A DNA stretch of 64,000 bases. It comes from Eledone cirrhosa (lineage: Eukaryota). A model generated the notes under the pieces. That model worked only from the letters and a program-made list of their open reading frames with translations. It did no database searches and was not told the DNA's origin. A program made the position numbers and the translations under genes. The stretch's first letter is position 1. Each line of letters starts with the position of its first letter. The stretch is from positions 67,890,001 through 67,954,000 of the forward strand of contig OZ024744.1 in NCBI GenBank assembly GCA_964016885.1, read 5' to 3'. Shown here one piece after another: positions 1-13,474 of this stretch.

Positions 1-586
1 TAATTCAGTTTAAAAAAAAATATTCATTGTCTTATTTAAAATAACATATCAAAGACAACGTTATTTTGCTGTTAATAAACTGTTGACTTCTACAGTACGT
101 TTCATTTTCATTTAAATACTTCTATAACGATCATACAGTACCGTTTTATGAAATTGATTCTGCAGTAGAATTTTACGAAATTCCAAACCGAAAAAGGTCA
201 CTGTTTTCTAACAAAAGAAATAAAACCCTTACATTGCGAACCCCCTGTTCTAATACTGGGGTTAGTTATTTCCCCCTCTTCTAATAAACGTCTAATATAT
301 AGAGGCCCCTCTTGCTGACCAGGGCAATCAAAGTGTAAACTATCATACAAACCTTCATAATCTGCATTTTCAAACTTGCATATCATCGACATTGCTATTT
401 CGCTGTTAATAAACAACGCTTTTCATGTCGCTCCATTTCTTATTGTACGCCGTCCAGCCCAAAGTGCATATTTCTATTTTTTTTCCTGAAACTGCTTCTT
501 TATAATAAACTTTCAATAATATTTTTCAAAATATTAACTTAATAAAAAGTGGCCCCGCCCCGGGTGCAACCGGGCTCAGCTGCTAG
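1..586 (+). mobile_element. 3' part of a Helitron-like element
   Basis: A GC hairpin (cccgggtgcaaccggg) lies about 10 nt before CTAG|T (583-587). The 5' end is outside the window. Confidence 0.7.
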
Positions 587-588
587 TA

Positions 589-610
589 TCTATATATATA
601 AAACTGAGGA

Positions 611-708
<98 letters not shown>

Positions 709-1237
709 CGTGCGAGTTTGAATCCCTAAAACTCGAGAAGTACCCAACCGATTTTATTCAAACTTTACATGTGTATTACTTATGTTTCAGGAAGTGTTAT
801 GCACAAAATTCAACTTTTTGATCCCCTAGGGCCCGCATTAGGTGAAAAACTGCATTTTTTCCAGCATTTTAGGGGTTTTTTGAGGCGTTACGTCAGACCG
901 ATTTCCTTGAAATTGTAACTATGTATTAGTCAATCTCTTCTTCATACCGTGAACAAAGAGAATCCAACTTTTTTATGGCCTAGGGCCCGCATTAGGTGAA
1001 AAACTTCATTTTTTCAGCTTTTTAGGGCTTTTGGGGGCATGATGTTAAAATCGCATTCAGAGTTATTTCCCTTGGACTGCTTCATCGAGGAAAATCTTAA
1101 AGATTATCCAGCCATCAGAGTATTCGGTTTATTTTCTTTACATATTGTCCAGGCATGCAGTTTTTACATGATTAGGTCTGTTGGCGGCCCGCGTTCCAAA
1201 ATACCTTATCCCGTGCAACACCGGGTACCACTGCTAG
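589..1237 (+). mobile_element. Non-autonomous Helitron with internal (GT)n
   Basis: Starts A|TCTATATATATAAAA, carries (GT)n at 616-705 and an internal duplicated block (cctagggcccgcattaggtgaaaaac at about 825 and 979), and ends with hairpin cccgtgcaacaccggg and CTAG|T. Confidence 0.8.
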
Positions 1238-1641
1238 TATATATATAATAGGTAAACAGAAATAACAACATAATCGGTGCAGTATATGGAAGGGATATAT
1301 TAGTTTAACATTTGAAATAGCAATGCTCTAACCACTAAGCCATGTGCCTCCATAATATATATATATGATTCGGGGACTGTCTGCCATCGATATAACACAG
1401 AATTGGTAAACTGTCCCCAAATCGAATCAGCCCTCTATTTTCTATTTTCTACTTTCTATTCTTTGTTTGGGTTCAACGTAATCCTGTTATATAATTCTGC
1501 AAATAGCACCTGATGAAATCACCTAGTCTTGTATCGTAATCATGTGTGTGTGTGTGTGCACCTTATGTATGCTGCTTTCTCTCTCTGAGTTCAAATACTG
1601 CCGAGGTTGATAAATGAAATGTCAGTCAAGTACTGGCATCG

Positions 1642-1726
<85 letters not shown>

Positions 1727-3064
1727 CTCTCTCTCCTTCCCTCTCTCTCTCTCTCTCTCTTTCTCTCTATCTATCTTGGGCTCAGTTATCAAACTATGCA
1801 TAGTACTTTCACCCAGCCGTAGAAACCAAGCCAGAACCAGTTCTGTATTAGCAAGACATGCTCACCTGATCGGACGTGCCTCACAATGGGACAACTTATC
1901 TAACCCAAGCTAGTGTGGAAAAATGGATATTAAACAGTGATGATGATGATGATGATGATGATATATATATATATCATCATCATCATTTAATGTCTATCTT
2001 CCACACTAGCATAGGTTAGAGAAGTTTGTCCCATTTGAGACAAGTTGGGTCTAGTGACCATGTCTCACTCGTATAGGACTGTTCTGACTGGGTTTTCTAT
2101 GGCTAGATGCCCTTCCTAATGCCAACCACATTTATAGTGTGTACTAGGTGCTTTTTGCCGTGTCTCCTACACGACCACTTTACAGTGTGGGCTGGATGTT
2201 TTGTGGTATCAATATAACTTTACAAAGCAAGGGTGGTGTGAGCAGAAGTGGGAGGGAGGTGTAGGGCTGAGGGGTGTATATTGGATTAAGAGGTGCCTAC
2301 TATATTTGTTGGCCCAAATGATAAACTGTTTTATACTTCAGACAATTATACTTTATTACTATATTATCCTCCATAGATATTTATATTTCTCTCTATATAC
2401 ATGTGCGCATGTGTGTATGTGTGCTTGTGTGTTGTGTGTGTGTGTAGGTTATTTTATTGTAGATGGCACCAATGCTGCCACTCAATGATACTATTTAAAC
2501 AGAATGATTCCAATAGAACGTGTGTACTTCATACAGAATCAGTATATTGTATATTTGTAGTCAGAATGTTTACATTGATTATGAGAGAACAAAGTTTCAT
2601 TTTACAATATTTCTATTCATTATCGAACGTCACTCATGTTTCACAGATGACCGGCTCTAGATCTTAATCGATATGATAGACATAGATTTCAAATCCTGTA
2701 ATGGTCATCTTTGTTTGATAAATATGAAGTATTAGTCTATAGTGGTGGACTGGCATAATTATTAGAGTGTTGAATGAGCTATTTGAGGTATTTGTTCCAT
2801 CATTTTGTGTTCTGTTTTGTTGGATGGTAGTCTTAATCAGCTGCTCGGATTAACGCCACCATTTGGCCCTTGAGTGCATTTAGCAGACATTTGAGCCTGT
2901 GTTTGATTTGAGGATACCTTTCTCTCTTCTTCTTACCATTCTCAGAGTACCTGAAGAAATAAAAATGTCATAAGTGTTGCCCTTCCCTCTCTCATTTGCT
3001 GCCAACCAGTTAAAATTAGCTCTGGTTCTATGAAACAAAACCTCCCATTTTAAAGGGCTCTTAC

Positions 3065-3291
3065 TTAACCCTTTAGCATTTACATTACTCTATATTTACT
3101 ATTGTATTTTTGTGATAAAGGCTTTATCTCACATAATTATCCCACATAATATTCAATCTGAGATTTTGATATATTTATTTTGAGAACAATACTTTAACAT
3201 CAGAATGAGCAGCTGGTTACAACCACTTTGAACAGAAAAAAAGTGAGAGAATTCTGGCTGGATATGATTGGTTTAAATGTTAAAGGGTTAA
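3065..3291. mobile_element. piggyBac-like (TTAA) MITE, family 1
   Basis: TTAA-CCCTTTAGCATTT ... AAATGTTAAAGGG-TTAA; homologous copies occur elsewhere in the window. Confidence 0.8.
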
Positions 3292-4282
3292 ATTAATATC
3301 TTCCAACATAGTTTTATATAAGGGCCATATGTTAAATTACTATCTTAATAATTGTTTCTACTTTTGGCATAGGCCAGCAATTACCCAGTGCATTACTGGT
3401 ACTTTATTTTATCGACCCCGTAAGGATGAAAGGCAAAATCAACCTCGGCGGGATTTGAACTCAGATCATAAAGGGAGGTAACTCTATGCTTCAAAGCATG
3501 GCGTCCGACCCTCTACCGATACTGCCAATCCACGAAATGATTAATAATTTTTTTTTACTTTGGGCACAAGGTATTACTGGTGCATTACTGGTACTTTATA
3601 CGAAATGATTAATAATGTTAGTAAATCCCTCTAAATTCTTATAATGTAATTGAAATAGAGTGTATTTCATTAGCAATACAGTAAGAAAAGGGTTAAACAG
3701 TATAAAATATATATATAAATATATCAGGAAGGGCATCCAGCTGTAGAAATCAAGCCAAATCAGTTCCTGTATGAGCAAGGCATGGTCAGCCGACCAGACA
3801 CTGCCCACAACAGGACAACCCGTCTAACCCATGCTAGCGTGGAAGAACGGACGTAAAACGGTGATGATGATGATGATATCAGTTAGGTGATATTGAACCA
3901 CCATCGATATCATCAAAATCCTCCTCCTCCTCCTCGCCGACATCATCATATTCATTATCAAAATCCTTACCACCATCCTCACAGCCATCACCACCACTGA
4001 CACCATTATTATCTACATCTGTCTGTGGATTGGCAGTATCGGTAGAGGGTCGGACGCCATGCTTTCCAGCATAGTTACGTCCCTTTACGGTCTGTGTTCA
4101 AATCCCACCGAGATTAACTTTACCTTTCATCCTTACGGGGGGTGGGGGGGGGATCGATAAAATAAAGTACCAGTAATGTACTGGGTAATTGCTAGCCTTG
4201 TGCCAAAACGTAGAAACAATTATTATCTACATCTGTAGTCCATTGTACCAAACATGATGCCATTGACCATATTCAAGGTACC

Positions 4283-4513
4283 ACAAACCATGGACAAGGT
4301 AGAAACCATCAGCCATGACACAAACCATGGACAAGGTAGAAACCATCAGCCATGACACAAACCATGGACAAGGTAGAAACCATCAGCCATGACACAAACC
4401 ATGGACAAGGTAGAAACCATCAGCCATGACACAAACCATGGACAAGGTAGAAACCATCAGCCATGACACAAACCATGGACAAGGTAGAAACCATCAGCCA
4501 TGACACAAACCAT
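4283..4513. repeat. 37-bp minisatellite, about 6.2 perfect copies
   Basis: Unit ACAAACCATGGACAAGGTAGAAACCATCAGCCATGAC. Confidence 0.95.
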
Positions 4514-4619
4514 TCTCCGGGCTGCTCGGTACCATGTCATCTCAACAATCCTCAATTCTTCAGGAAAGAAGATGAAAAAAAAAATGGGAGTTCATAGCAG
4601 ATACATTGTAGTCAAAAAC

Positions 4620-4833
<214 letters not shown>

Positions 4834-5063
4834 GGAAGATGAAGAACAATGCAAATAAAGTTGTGTGAGTGAAATTGATACTGTTGGTTAATTATGAAAT
4901 GGCTCTTCCTTTGGAATTATTGATGGGTGGGTAGGTGAGTGGGTCAGTGGGTGGGCAGGTGAGTGAGTGGGTGGGTGAATGGGTAGGTGAGTGGGTCAGT
5001 GGGTGGGTAGGTGAGTGGGTGTGTGGGTGGGTGAATGGGTGGTAGCTAACTATTCAAAGGAAT

Positions 5064-5286
5064 ATGATTATAACGATGTTGATGATGATGTTGATCATGG
5101 TGGTGGTGGTGGTGGTGGTAATGATAATGATGATGATGATGATGATGATGATAAAGTTAGTGATGACGATGATGATGATGATGATAATGATGATGATTAT
5201 GATGATGATGGTGATGGTGATGGTGATGATTATGATGGTGGTAATGATTATGATGATGACGATGATTAGGATGATGATGATGATGG

Positions 5287-5353
<67 letters not shown>

Positions 5354-5418
5354 GATGACGAAACTGATAATGATAAAGTTAGTGATGATGATGGTGATGA
5401 TGATGATGATGATGATGA
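5064..5418. repeat. (GAT)n/(GGT)n microsatellite
   Basis: Direct reading. Confidence 0.9.
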
Positions 5419-5444
5419 TATCTACATTTAGATACAAGACCAGC

Positions 5445-6877
5445 AATTTATGTAAAGGAGGAGAAGACGATTAAATCAATGCCAGAATTTGATTGGAACT
5501 TTATTTTATCAAACCTGGAATGATGAAAAACAACGTTGACCTCGTCAGGTTTTGAACTCAGAACCTAGAGGGCTATATCGAAAAACAGCAAAACAATTTG
5601 TTTCCAAGTGCCAGTGATTCTACCAATCTACTGCTCTGAGTTGTTATAATAATTATTTCTACTTTTGGCACAAGGCCAGCAATTACCCCAGTGTATTACT
5701 GGTACTTTATTTTATCGACCCCGTAAGGATGAAAGGCAAAGTTAACCTCGGCGCGATTTGAACTCAGTCTGTAAAGGGACGTAACTATGCTGCAAAGCAT
5801 GGCGTCCGACTCTCTACCGATACTGCCAATTCACTGGTCTTTGATTTAGGCATAAGGCCAGCAATTTGAAGAGAAGAGGAACGTCGGATAAATTGACACC
5901 AGTGTGTTACTGGTACTTTATTTTATTGATCCCCCCGTAAGGATGAAAGGAAAAGATTACATTGGTGAGATTTGAACTCAGAGTGTAAAGGGACGTAACT
6001 ATATGCCACAAGATTGTTGTGCAACGCTCTACTAGTTCTGCCAATCCACCGCCCTATAATAACAGCTTCTTATATAGGCACAAGGCCATCAATTTTTAGA
6101 AGAGGAGAAAGTCGATTAGCTGGTACTTTATTTTATTGACCCCGTAAGGATGAAAGGCAAAGTTTACCTTGGCGGGATTTGAACTCAGATCATAAAGGGC
6201 CGTAACTGCAAAGCATGGCGCCCAACCCTCTACCAATACTGCCAATCCACTGCCCTATAATAATTGTTTTTACTTTTGACACAAGGCCAGCAATTATCCC
6301 AGTGTATTACTGGTACTTTATTTTATTGACCCCGTAAGGATGAAAGGCAAAGTTAACCTCGGCGGGATTTGAACTCAGTCTGTAAAGGGACGTAACTGTG
6401 CTGCAAAGCATGGCGTCCGACTCTCTATCGATACTGCCAATCCACCGCCCTATAAATAATGGCTTCTGATTTAGGCTCAAGGCCAACAATTTTGGGGCAA
6501 GGAAGAGTTGATTAAATTGACCCCAGTTCATTACAGGTACTTTATTTTATCAATCCCTGTAAGAATAAATGGCAAAGCTTAACCACAGCAGGATTTGAAC
6601 TCAGAACCTAAAGGCTTATATTGAAATATGATTAAGCATTTTGTTCGACATGCTTCTGATTCTACCAATCCACAGTTCTGAGTTGGTATTATAATTGTTT
6701 CTACTATTGGCACAAGGCCAGAAATTACCCAGTACATTACTGGTACTTTATTTTATCGACCCCGTAAGGATGAAAGGCAAAGTCAACCTCGGCGGGATTT
6801 GAACTCAGATCGTAAAGGGACGTAACTATGCTGGAAAGCATGGCGTCCGACCCTCTACCGATACTGCCAATCCACCG
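5445..6877 (-). mobile_element. Head-to-tail array of about 7 SINE A copies
   Basis: Repeated ggcacaaggcc..ctggtactttattttatcgacccc..ctgccaatccac units, all in the same orientation. Confidence 0.85.
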
Positions 6878-7057
6878 TATTATAATAACACCACTAAACC
6901 AACCACTCTGTCACAGACATTCATATGGTGGGAGGGGGGGATAGGGATAAGGTCTCTGGGTTTCTTTTTTAGGATACCTTCCGCATTTCTGCCCATCTAT
7001 CGTGGAGGCCTGGAAAAGGGTTATTAAAGGTATTGCTGTTTCTCATTTCGGTCATTA

Positions 7058-7187
7058 ACACACACACATACACGCACAAATACACGCACACACACACACA
7101 CACATACATACATGCACACACACACACACACATACTCACACACACACGCACATACACACATACATACACACACATACTCACACACAC

Positions 7188-7230
<43 letters not shown>

Positions 7231-7430
7231 TACACACACATACTCATACATACACACACACACACACTCATACATACACACACACACATACACACACACT
7301 CATACATACACACACACACTCATACATACACACACACACACACACATACTCATACATACACACATACACATACACACACACACATACATACACACACACA
7401 TACATATACACACACATACACATACATACA

Positions 7431-7468
<38 letters not shown>

Positions 7469-7716
7469 TACACACACACACAAAATGATGATGATAGTGA
7501 TGATGATGATGATGGTAGTGGTGGCAGTGATGATTTCTATTTATTCCTTTTGCTTTGTTTATTTTTGATGGTTTGGTTTGGTTTAGTTTGGTTTGGTTTG
7601 GGTTTGGTTTGGTTTGGTTTGGGTTTGGTTTGGTTTGGGTTTGGTTTGGTTTAGTTTGGGTTTGGTTTGGTTTGGTTTGGGTTTGGTTTGGTTTGGGTTT
7701 GGTTTGGTTTAGTTTG
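7058..7716. repeat. (CA)n followed by (GAT)n and (GGTTT)n
   Basis: Direct reading. Confidence 0.9.
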
Positions 7717-7826
7717 GAAAATGAAACTGTACAGTTGTACATTGCCTTTATATGTCATCTGGGACAAGTGAGATCTAGGAAGATAACATTCTTCCATTGC
7801 TGCAGGAAAATAAAATATGTGGGAAC

Positions 7827-9610
7827 GGTGGTAGTGATGGTGATGGTGGTAGTGATGGTGATGGTGGTAGTGGTGGTGATGGTGGTAGTGATGGTGATGG
7901 TGGTAGTGGTGGTGATGGTGGTAGTGATGGTGATGGTGGTAGTGATGGTGATGGTGGTAGTGATGGTGATGGTGGTAGTGGTGGTGATGGTGGTAGTGAT
8001 GGTGATGGTGGTAGTGATGGTGATGGTGGTAGTGGTGGTGATGGTGGTAGTGGTGGTGATGGTGGTAGTGGTGGTGATGGTGGTAGTGGTGGTGATGGTG
8101 GTAGTGGTGGTGATGGTGGTAGTGGTGGTGATGGTGGTAGTGATGGTGATGGTGGTAGTGGTGGTGATGGTGGTAGTGGTGGTGATGGTGGTAATGATGG
8201 TGATGGTGGTAGTGGTGGTGATGGTGGTAGTGGTGGTGATGGTGGTAGTGGTGGTGATGGTGGTAGTGGTGGTGATGGTGGTAGTGGTGGTGATGGTGGT
8301 AGTGGTGGTGATGGTGGTAGTGGTGGTGATGGTGGTAGTGGTGGTGATGGTGGTAGTGATGGTGATGTTGGTAGTGGTGGTGATGGTGGTAGTGGTGGTG
8401 ATGGTGGTAGTGGTGGTGGTAGTGGTAGTGGTGGTGGTGGTGGTGGTAGTGGTGATGGTGGTAGTGGTGGTGATGGTGGTAGTGGTGGTGATGGTGGTAG
8501 TGGTGGTGATGGTGGTAGTGGTGGTGATGGTGATAGTGGTGGTGATGGTGGTAGTGGTGGTGATGGTGGTAGTGGTGGTGATGGTGGTAGTGGTGGTGGT
8601 AGTGGTAGTGGTGGTGATGGTGATAGTGGTGGTGATGGTGATGGTGATGGTGGTAGTGGTGGTGATGGTGGTAGTGGTGGTGATGGTGGTAGTGGTGGTG
8701 ATGGTGGTAGTGGTGGTGATGGTGGTAGTGGTGGTGATGGTGGTAGTGGTGGTGATGGTGGTAGTGGTGGTGATGGTGGTAGTGGTGGTGATGGTGGTAG
8801 TGATGGTGATGGTGGTAGTGATGGTGATGGTGGTAGTGATGGTGATGTTGGTAGTGGTGGTGATGGTGGTAGTGGTGGTGATGGTGATAGTGGTGGTGAT
8901 GGTGGTAGTGGTGGTGATGGTGGTAGTGGTGGTGATGGTGGTAGTGGTGGTGATGGTGGTAGTGGTGGTGATGGTGGTAGTGGTGGTGATGGTGGTAGTG
9001 GTGGTGATGGTGGTAGTGGTGGTGATGGTGGTAGTGGTGGTGACGGTGGTAGTGATGGTGATGGTGGTAGTGATGGTGATGGTGGTAGTGGTGGTGATGG
9101 TGGTAGTGGTGGTGATGGTGGTAGTGGTGATGATGGTGGTAGTGGTGGTGATGGTGGTAGTGGTGGTGATGTTGGTGGTAGTGATGGTGATGTTGGTAGT
9201 GATGGTGGTGGTGGAGATAGTGATGGTGATGGTGGTAGTGGTGGTGATGTTGGTGATAGTGATGGTGGTAGTGATGGTGATGGTGGTAGTGATGGTGATG
9301 GTGGTAGTGATGGTGATGGTGGTAGTGATGGTGATGGTGGTAGTGATGGTGATGGTGGTGGTGGTGGTGATGGTGGTGGTAGTGTTGGTGATGATAGAAG
9401 TGGTGACACTGATGATGGTGGTGATAGTGGTGATGGTGGTGGTGCTGGTGCTGGGTGTGGTGGTTGTAATGATGATGATGGTAATGATGGTAGTTGTGGT
9501 AGTTGTGGTAGTTGTGGTGGTGGTGGTGGTGGTGGTATTAGTGGTGGCGGTACTGGTGGTGGTGGTGGTGGTGGTGGTATTAGTGGTGGCGGTACTGGTG
9601 GTGGTGGTGG
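7827..9610. repeat. 18-bp higher-order (GGT)n-derived satellite
   Basis: Unit GGTGGTAGTG(G/A)TGGTGAT, decaying at the 3' end. Confidence 0.92.
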
Positions 9611-10068
9611 CAATATTTACAGAATGAGAAAAATGATAAGGAAGACTATTAAATTGAATTACAATAATAATTGTATCTGATAAATGTTATTAATAATGAT
9701 AAGGAAGATAGCAATTTCTGTTTTATTTCCTGCAAGACCTAACCCAAACATCTTCATAACTACTATCAACAGCAGCAGCATCATTATCAACAACAGCATA
9801 ATGATTATAATAACAATAATAATCATTGTCATCATCATTATCATATATTGGTTGCCATGCTTTGAAGCATAGAGTTACCTCCCTTTATGATGTGAGTTCA
9901 AATCCCGCCGAGGTTAACTTTGCCTTTCATCCTTACAGGGTCGATAAAATAAAGTACCAGTAATACACTGGTACTTTATTTTGGCCATGTGCCAAAAGTA
10001 GAAACAATTAGCATATATATATATATATATAGTATTAAGGATACTGAACAGAACTTTGATTCATGTGA

Positions 10069-10115
<47 letters not shown>

Positions 10116-10194
10116 CCTAATATCTTCCTTCCATATACTGAACCGATTGTGTTGTTATTTGTTATTTCTGTTTACTTTTTACATATATATATAT

Positions 10195-11005
10195 CATCAT
10201 CATCATCATCTTCGTTTAACGTCCATTTTCCACGCTAGCCTGGGTTAGACGGGAGTTGTCCCACTTGAGGCAAGGCTGGTCGGGTGACCGTGTCTCGCTC
10301 ATATAGGACTATCTGGCAGGTTTTCTACGGCTGGATGCCCTTCCTAACACCAACCACATTTACAGTGTGGAACTGGGAACTTTTTACCGTGTTACCTACA
10401 TGGCCACATTACAGTGTGGACTGTGTTTTTTTCTCGTGACACCTACACGATCTCGATCTCATTTTCTCGTGCTGTTGGTGGGAGTGGGAGGATAGGGTAG
10501 GGGTAGTGGATTGGGGTGTATATTTGGTTAAGAGGTGCCTACTGACTGTAGGTTTCGCTTTGTACATAGGCAAGGCGGGTCTTCTGTATTACTGCGTAGC
10601 GCCAAAGACCTCGGTCCAGAGACATTGTCTTAGAGAGATGTAAGTGTGTGAGGTCGGAATTTATCAGATCATCCCAGGTTTTTCTGGGTCTACCTACTCC
10701 GTAACTACCATCAATTTTGATTGCCCTGCACTTTTTTATGCAGCTGTCATCTTTCATGCGCATCACGTGACCATACCAAAGTAGTCTTCTCTCGAGTAAA
10801 CAGCATCTGATCCCTCTTATTCCTAATTTCTCACTTAGTTCATTTATGCTTTGCCGTTCACGTATATTACTATTACACATCCAATGGAGCATGCATGAAG
10901 GGCAATAATAAATAAGAGGGGGCTAAGGACAGAGCCTTGATGAACGCCAACTTTTACACTAAATTCTTCACAATATTCATTGTTAATTCTAACCTTACTG
11001 ACTAA
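10195..11005 (-). mobile_element. RTE LINE 3' fragment, internally deleted
   Basis: VGVHQGSVLSPLLF is joined to RRLLWYGHVMRM..GRPRKTW, followed by the 3'UTR and (GAT)n. Confidence 0.88.
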
Positions 11006-12508
11006 TTCAATATACATGCATACACACATGCTCACACGCTTTCACACACACACACACATATATATATATGAGTCCCGGGTTCAATCGGCGGTAACCACAG
11101 TAAGTAAGGTACTCAACTTTATTAGTAGCGTGTATGCAATAAATTCAATATAGAAATGGCTTCTACAGGACTTGAACTGTTTAATTTAAAGGAATATATA
11201 TATATTATATATATATAATATATATATATATAAAAAACATGAGAAGAAAGAAGGATACTGCGTGGTTTACACATGGGTTACATATGATAAAAATAGTCCT
11301 TCGTCAGTGATTTTCCAGCCATCATTGGTATTTCATCGCATTAAAAATCAGATACCTCAGGTTGGTGCGAGCAATGACTAAAAAAAGTTATTGGGACCAG
11401 AATTCGCGTAAGGCGAGGGGGACAAGTAAACAACATAAAAGGATAAAAGCAAACCGAAGATAGGAAAATAAACAAGCAACATGGTTGTCCGGTCAGCATA
11501 AGCTGGGTGGATTTCATGAGCGAGAGAGGTACAGACCGTGTTGATGTGTGTGAGATGTAAGCAAGAAGAGACCCACACAAGCCAAACGGGAGGAAGTGAG
11601 AAGGGGAGAAACAGAGAGTGAGTGAGTGGAAGTGTGAGGAAGAGGTCAGTCGAGAGAAAGTGTAACTGACAGAGGGGGCGAAAGAAGGTGAGAGAAATAT
11701 ATAAATATATATGCCAGTCGATCGACTTTCGTCAAATTGGACCGAGCAAACAATGTTTCCGTTGGTTTTTTCAATTGCTAACAATATCTATCGGTCGCAA
11801 CTCCAGGTAGAAGGAGTAATGTGAAATAAAGTGTCTTGCTCAAGGACATAACGCATTACCTGGTCCAGGAATCAAACATATATATATATATATGTTGTTA
11901 TACTTTGGGAGGGTCACGCTGCCAATAAAAACACATGCATCTGTTGGTTTTCACTTCAATTTATTATAAGTTTCCAGTTGGTTGGTTGATTCGATAACCG
12001 GAAGGTTTTTTATATATTGTCCAAGCTCTTTCGTCACACATTCTGTGACCTCCTCAGTGTTTGAAGACACGTGGCTTAGTGGTTAAGTGGAGTGTTCAGC
12101 TCTAATCATAACATCATGAGTTCAATTGTCAGATCAGGTGGCACATTATCTCCTTGAGCAAGACACTTCATTTCACATTGCTTCAGTCCACTCAGCTAGC
12201 AAAAAAAAATTAGCTGTACTTGTAATTCTCTAGGGTCAGTCCAGTCAGCCTTGTCACATATTGTGCCATGCAGAATTGCTACAATAAGCATGCTTGTATC
12301 TCTGAAATGTTCAGCCACTTATATATTAATTTCATGGGCAGCTAGTTCTGTTGATTGAATCAACTGGAGAAATCACCATTAGAAATGATGGATGTTCAAC
12401 AATATATATATATGTGTGTGTGTGTGTTGGTGTAATGGTAACAGATTGGTCCGGCAAACCAAAGATGTGATGATGATGATATTTATATAAATATATATAT
12501 ATATATAT

Positions 12509-12653
12509 ATGGTGGCTGCCAACTCGTTTTCGAGTACGGCCACTACTTTATATCCATGTAGGAGAACCCCTACCGATGCGCTGAACGAGTGTGACTTTTT
12601 AGTCTAGCCAGCGACTTAAAAACTCTGGTACAAACACTACACTTGTGACAATT
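12509..12653 (-). mobile_element. 3' end (zinc finger + 3'UTR) of the same bipartite family
   Basis: Reverse complement of 38507-38653. Confidence 0.75.
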
Positions 12654-12750
12654 ATATATATACACACATACATATATATATATATATACACACATACATA
12701 TATACACATATATATACATACATACATATATCTATCTATCCCTCTCTCTC

Positions 12751-12787
<37 letters not shown>

Positions 12788-13370
12788 TGTGTTGGTGTGT
12801 GATGACTAGTTAGTGATTACTCAATAGTTTTAGTTTGTGCACTCAATACTATTATGTGGGCCCAGCTACCGATGTGGGATTCTACATTTGGTACTTCAAC
12901 ATTATATGTATTCTTAAGCAGCTGAGTGTTAGTAATAATAATAATTGTTTCTACCTTTGGCACAAGGCCAACAATTATCCCAGTACATTACTGGTACTTT
13001 ATTTTATCAACCCTGTAAGGATGAAAGGCAAAGTTAACCTCGGCGGGATTTGAACTCAGACCATAAAGGGCCGTAACTCTAGGCACAAGGCTGGCAATTT
13101 GGGGAGATAGGGTAAAGTCGGTCAAATCGATTTTCCCCTTCACTAAAAAATTGTTGGTCTTGTGGCTAAATCAGAAACAATTATTATTATATATATCCAA
13201 ACCATTTTTTGTTGAATCATCAGTCTAATGTGTAGATCTATAATGGAGTCAGATCCATAATTTCTTTAGGTGACCTTGTGCCAATCCTCTGCAAAAGGTG
13301 CATAACAGGTCAATACACAATAAACAAACTAAATACATGTAAACAAAATTTCATTGTTTTCCTTAATATA

Positions 13371-13474
13371 TACAGGATGTCCGAAAAAAATGTATACACA
13401 CTTCAATAGCATTCTAATAAATATCGCATTTATAGGTAATCAAAGTGTGTATACACTGTTTTGGGATATCCTGT
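13371..13474. mobile_element. Tc1/mariner-type MITE
   Basis: TA-CAGGATGTCCGAAAAAAATGTATACACACTT ... AAGTGTGTATACACTGTTTTGGGATATCCTG-TA (TIRs of about 31 bp). Confidence 0.8.

Noticed and set aside
4283-4513. 37-bp repeat of CRISPR-like length
   Set aside because: Contiguous identical units with no spacers.
7569-7716. Telomere-like tract
   Set aside because: The unit is GGTTT, not TTAGGG or TTAGG.
7555-9680. ORFs over 600 aa (GGSGGD, PPSPPL and Val/Met-rich) resembling structural or extensin-like proteins
   Set aside because: All are reading frames of one 18-bp GGT satellite with no synonymous variation, no splice context and no unique domain.
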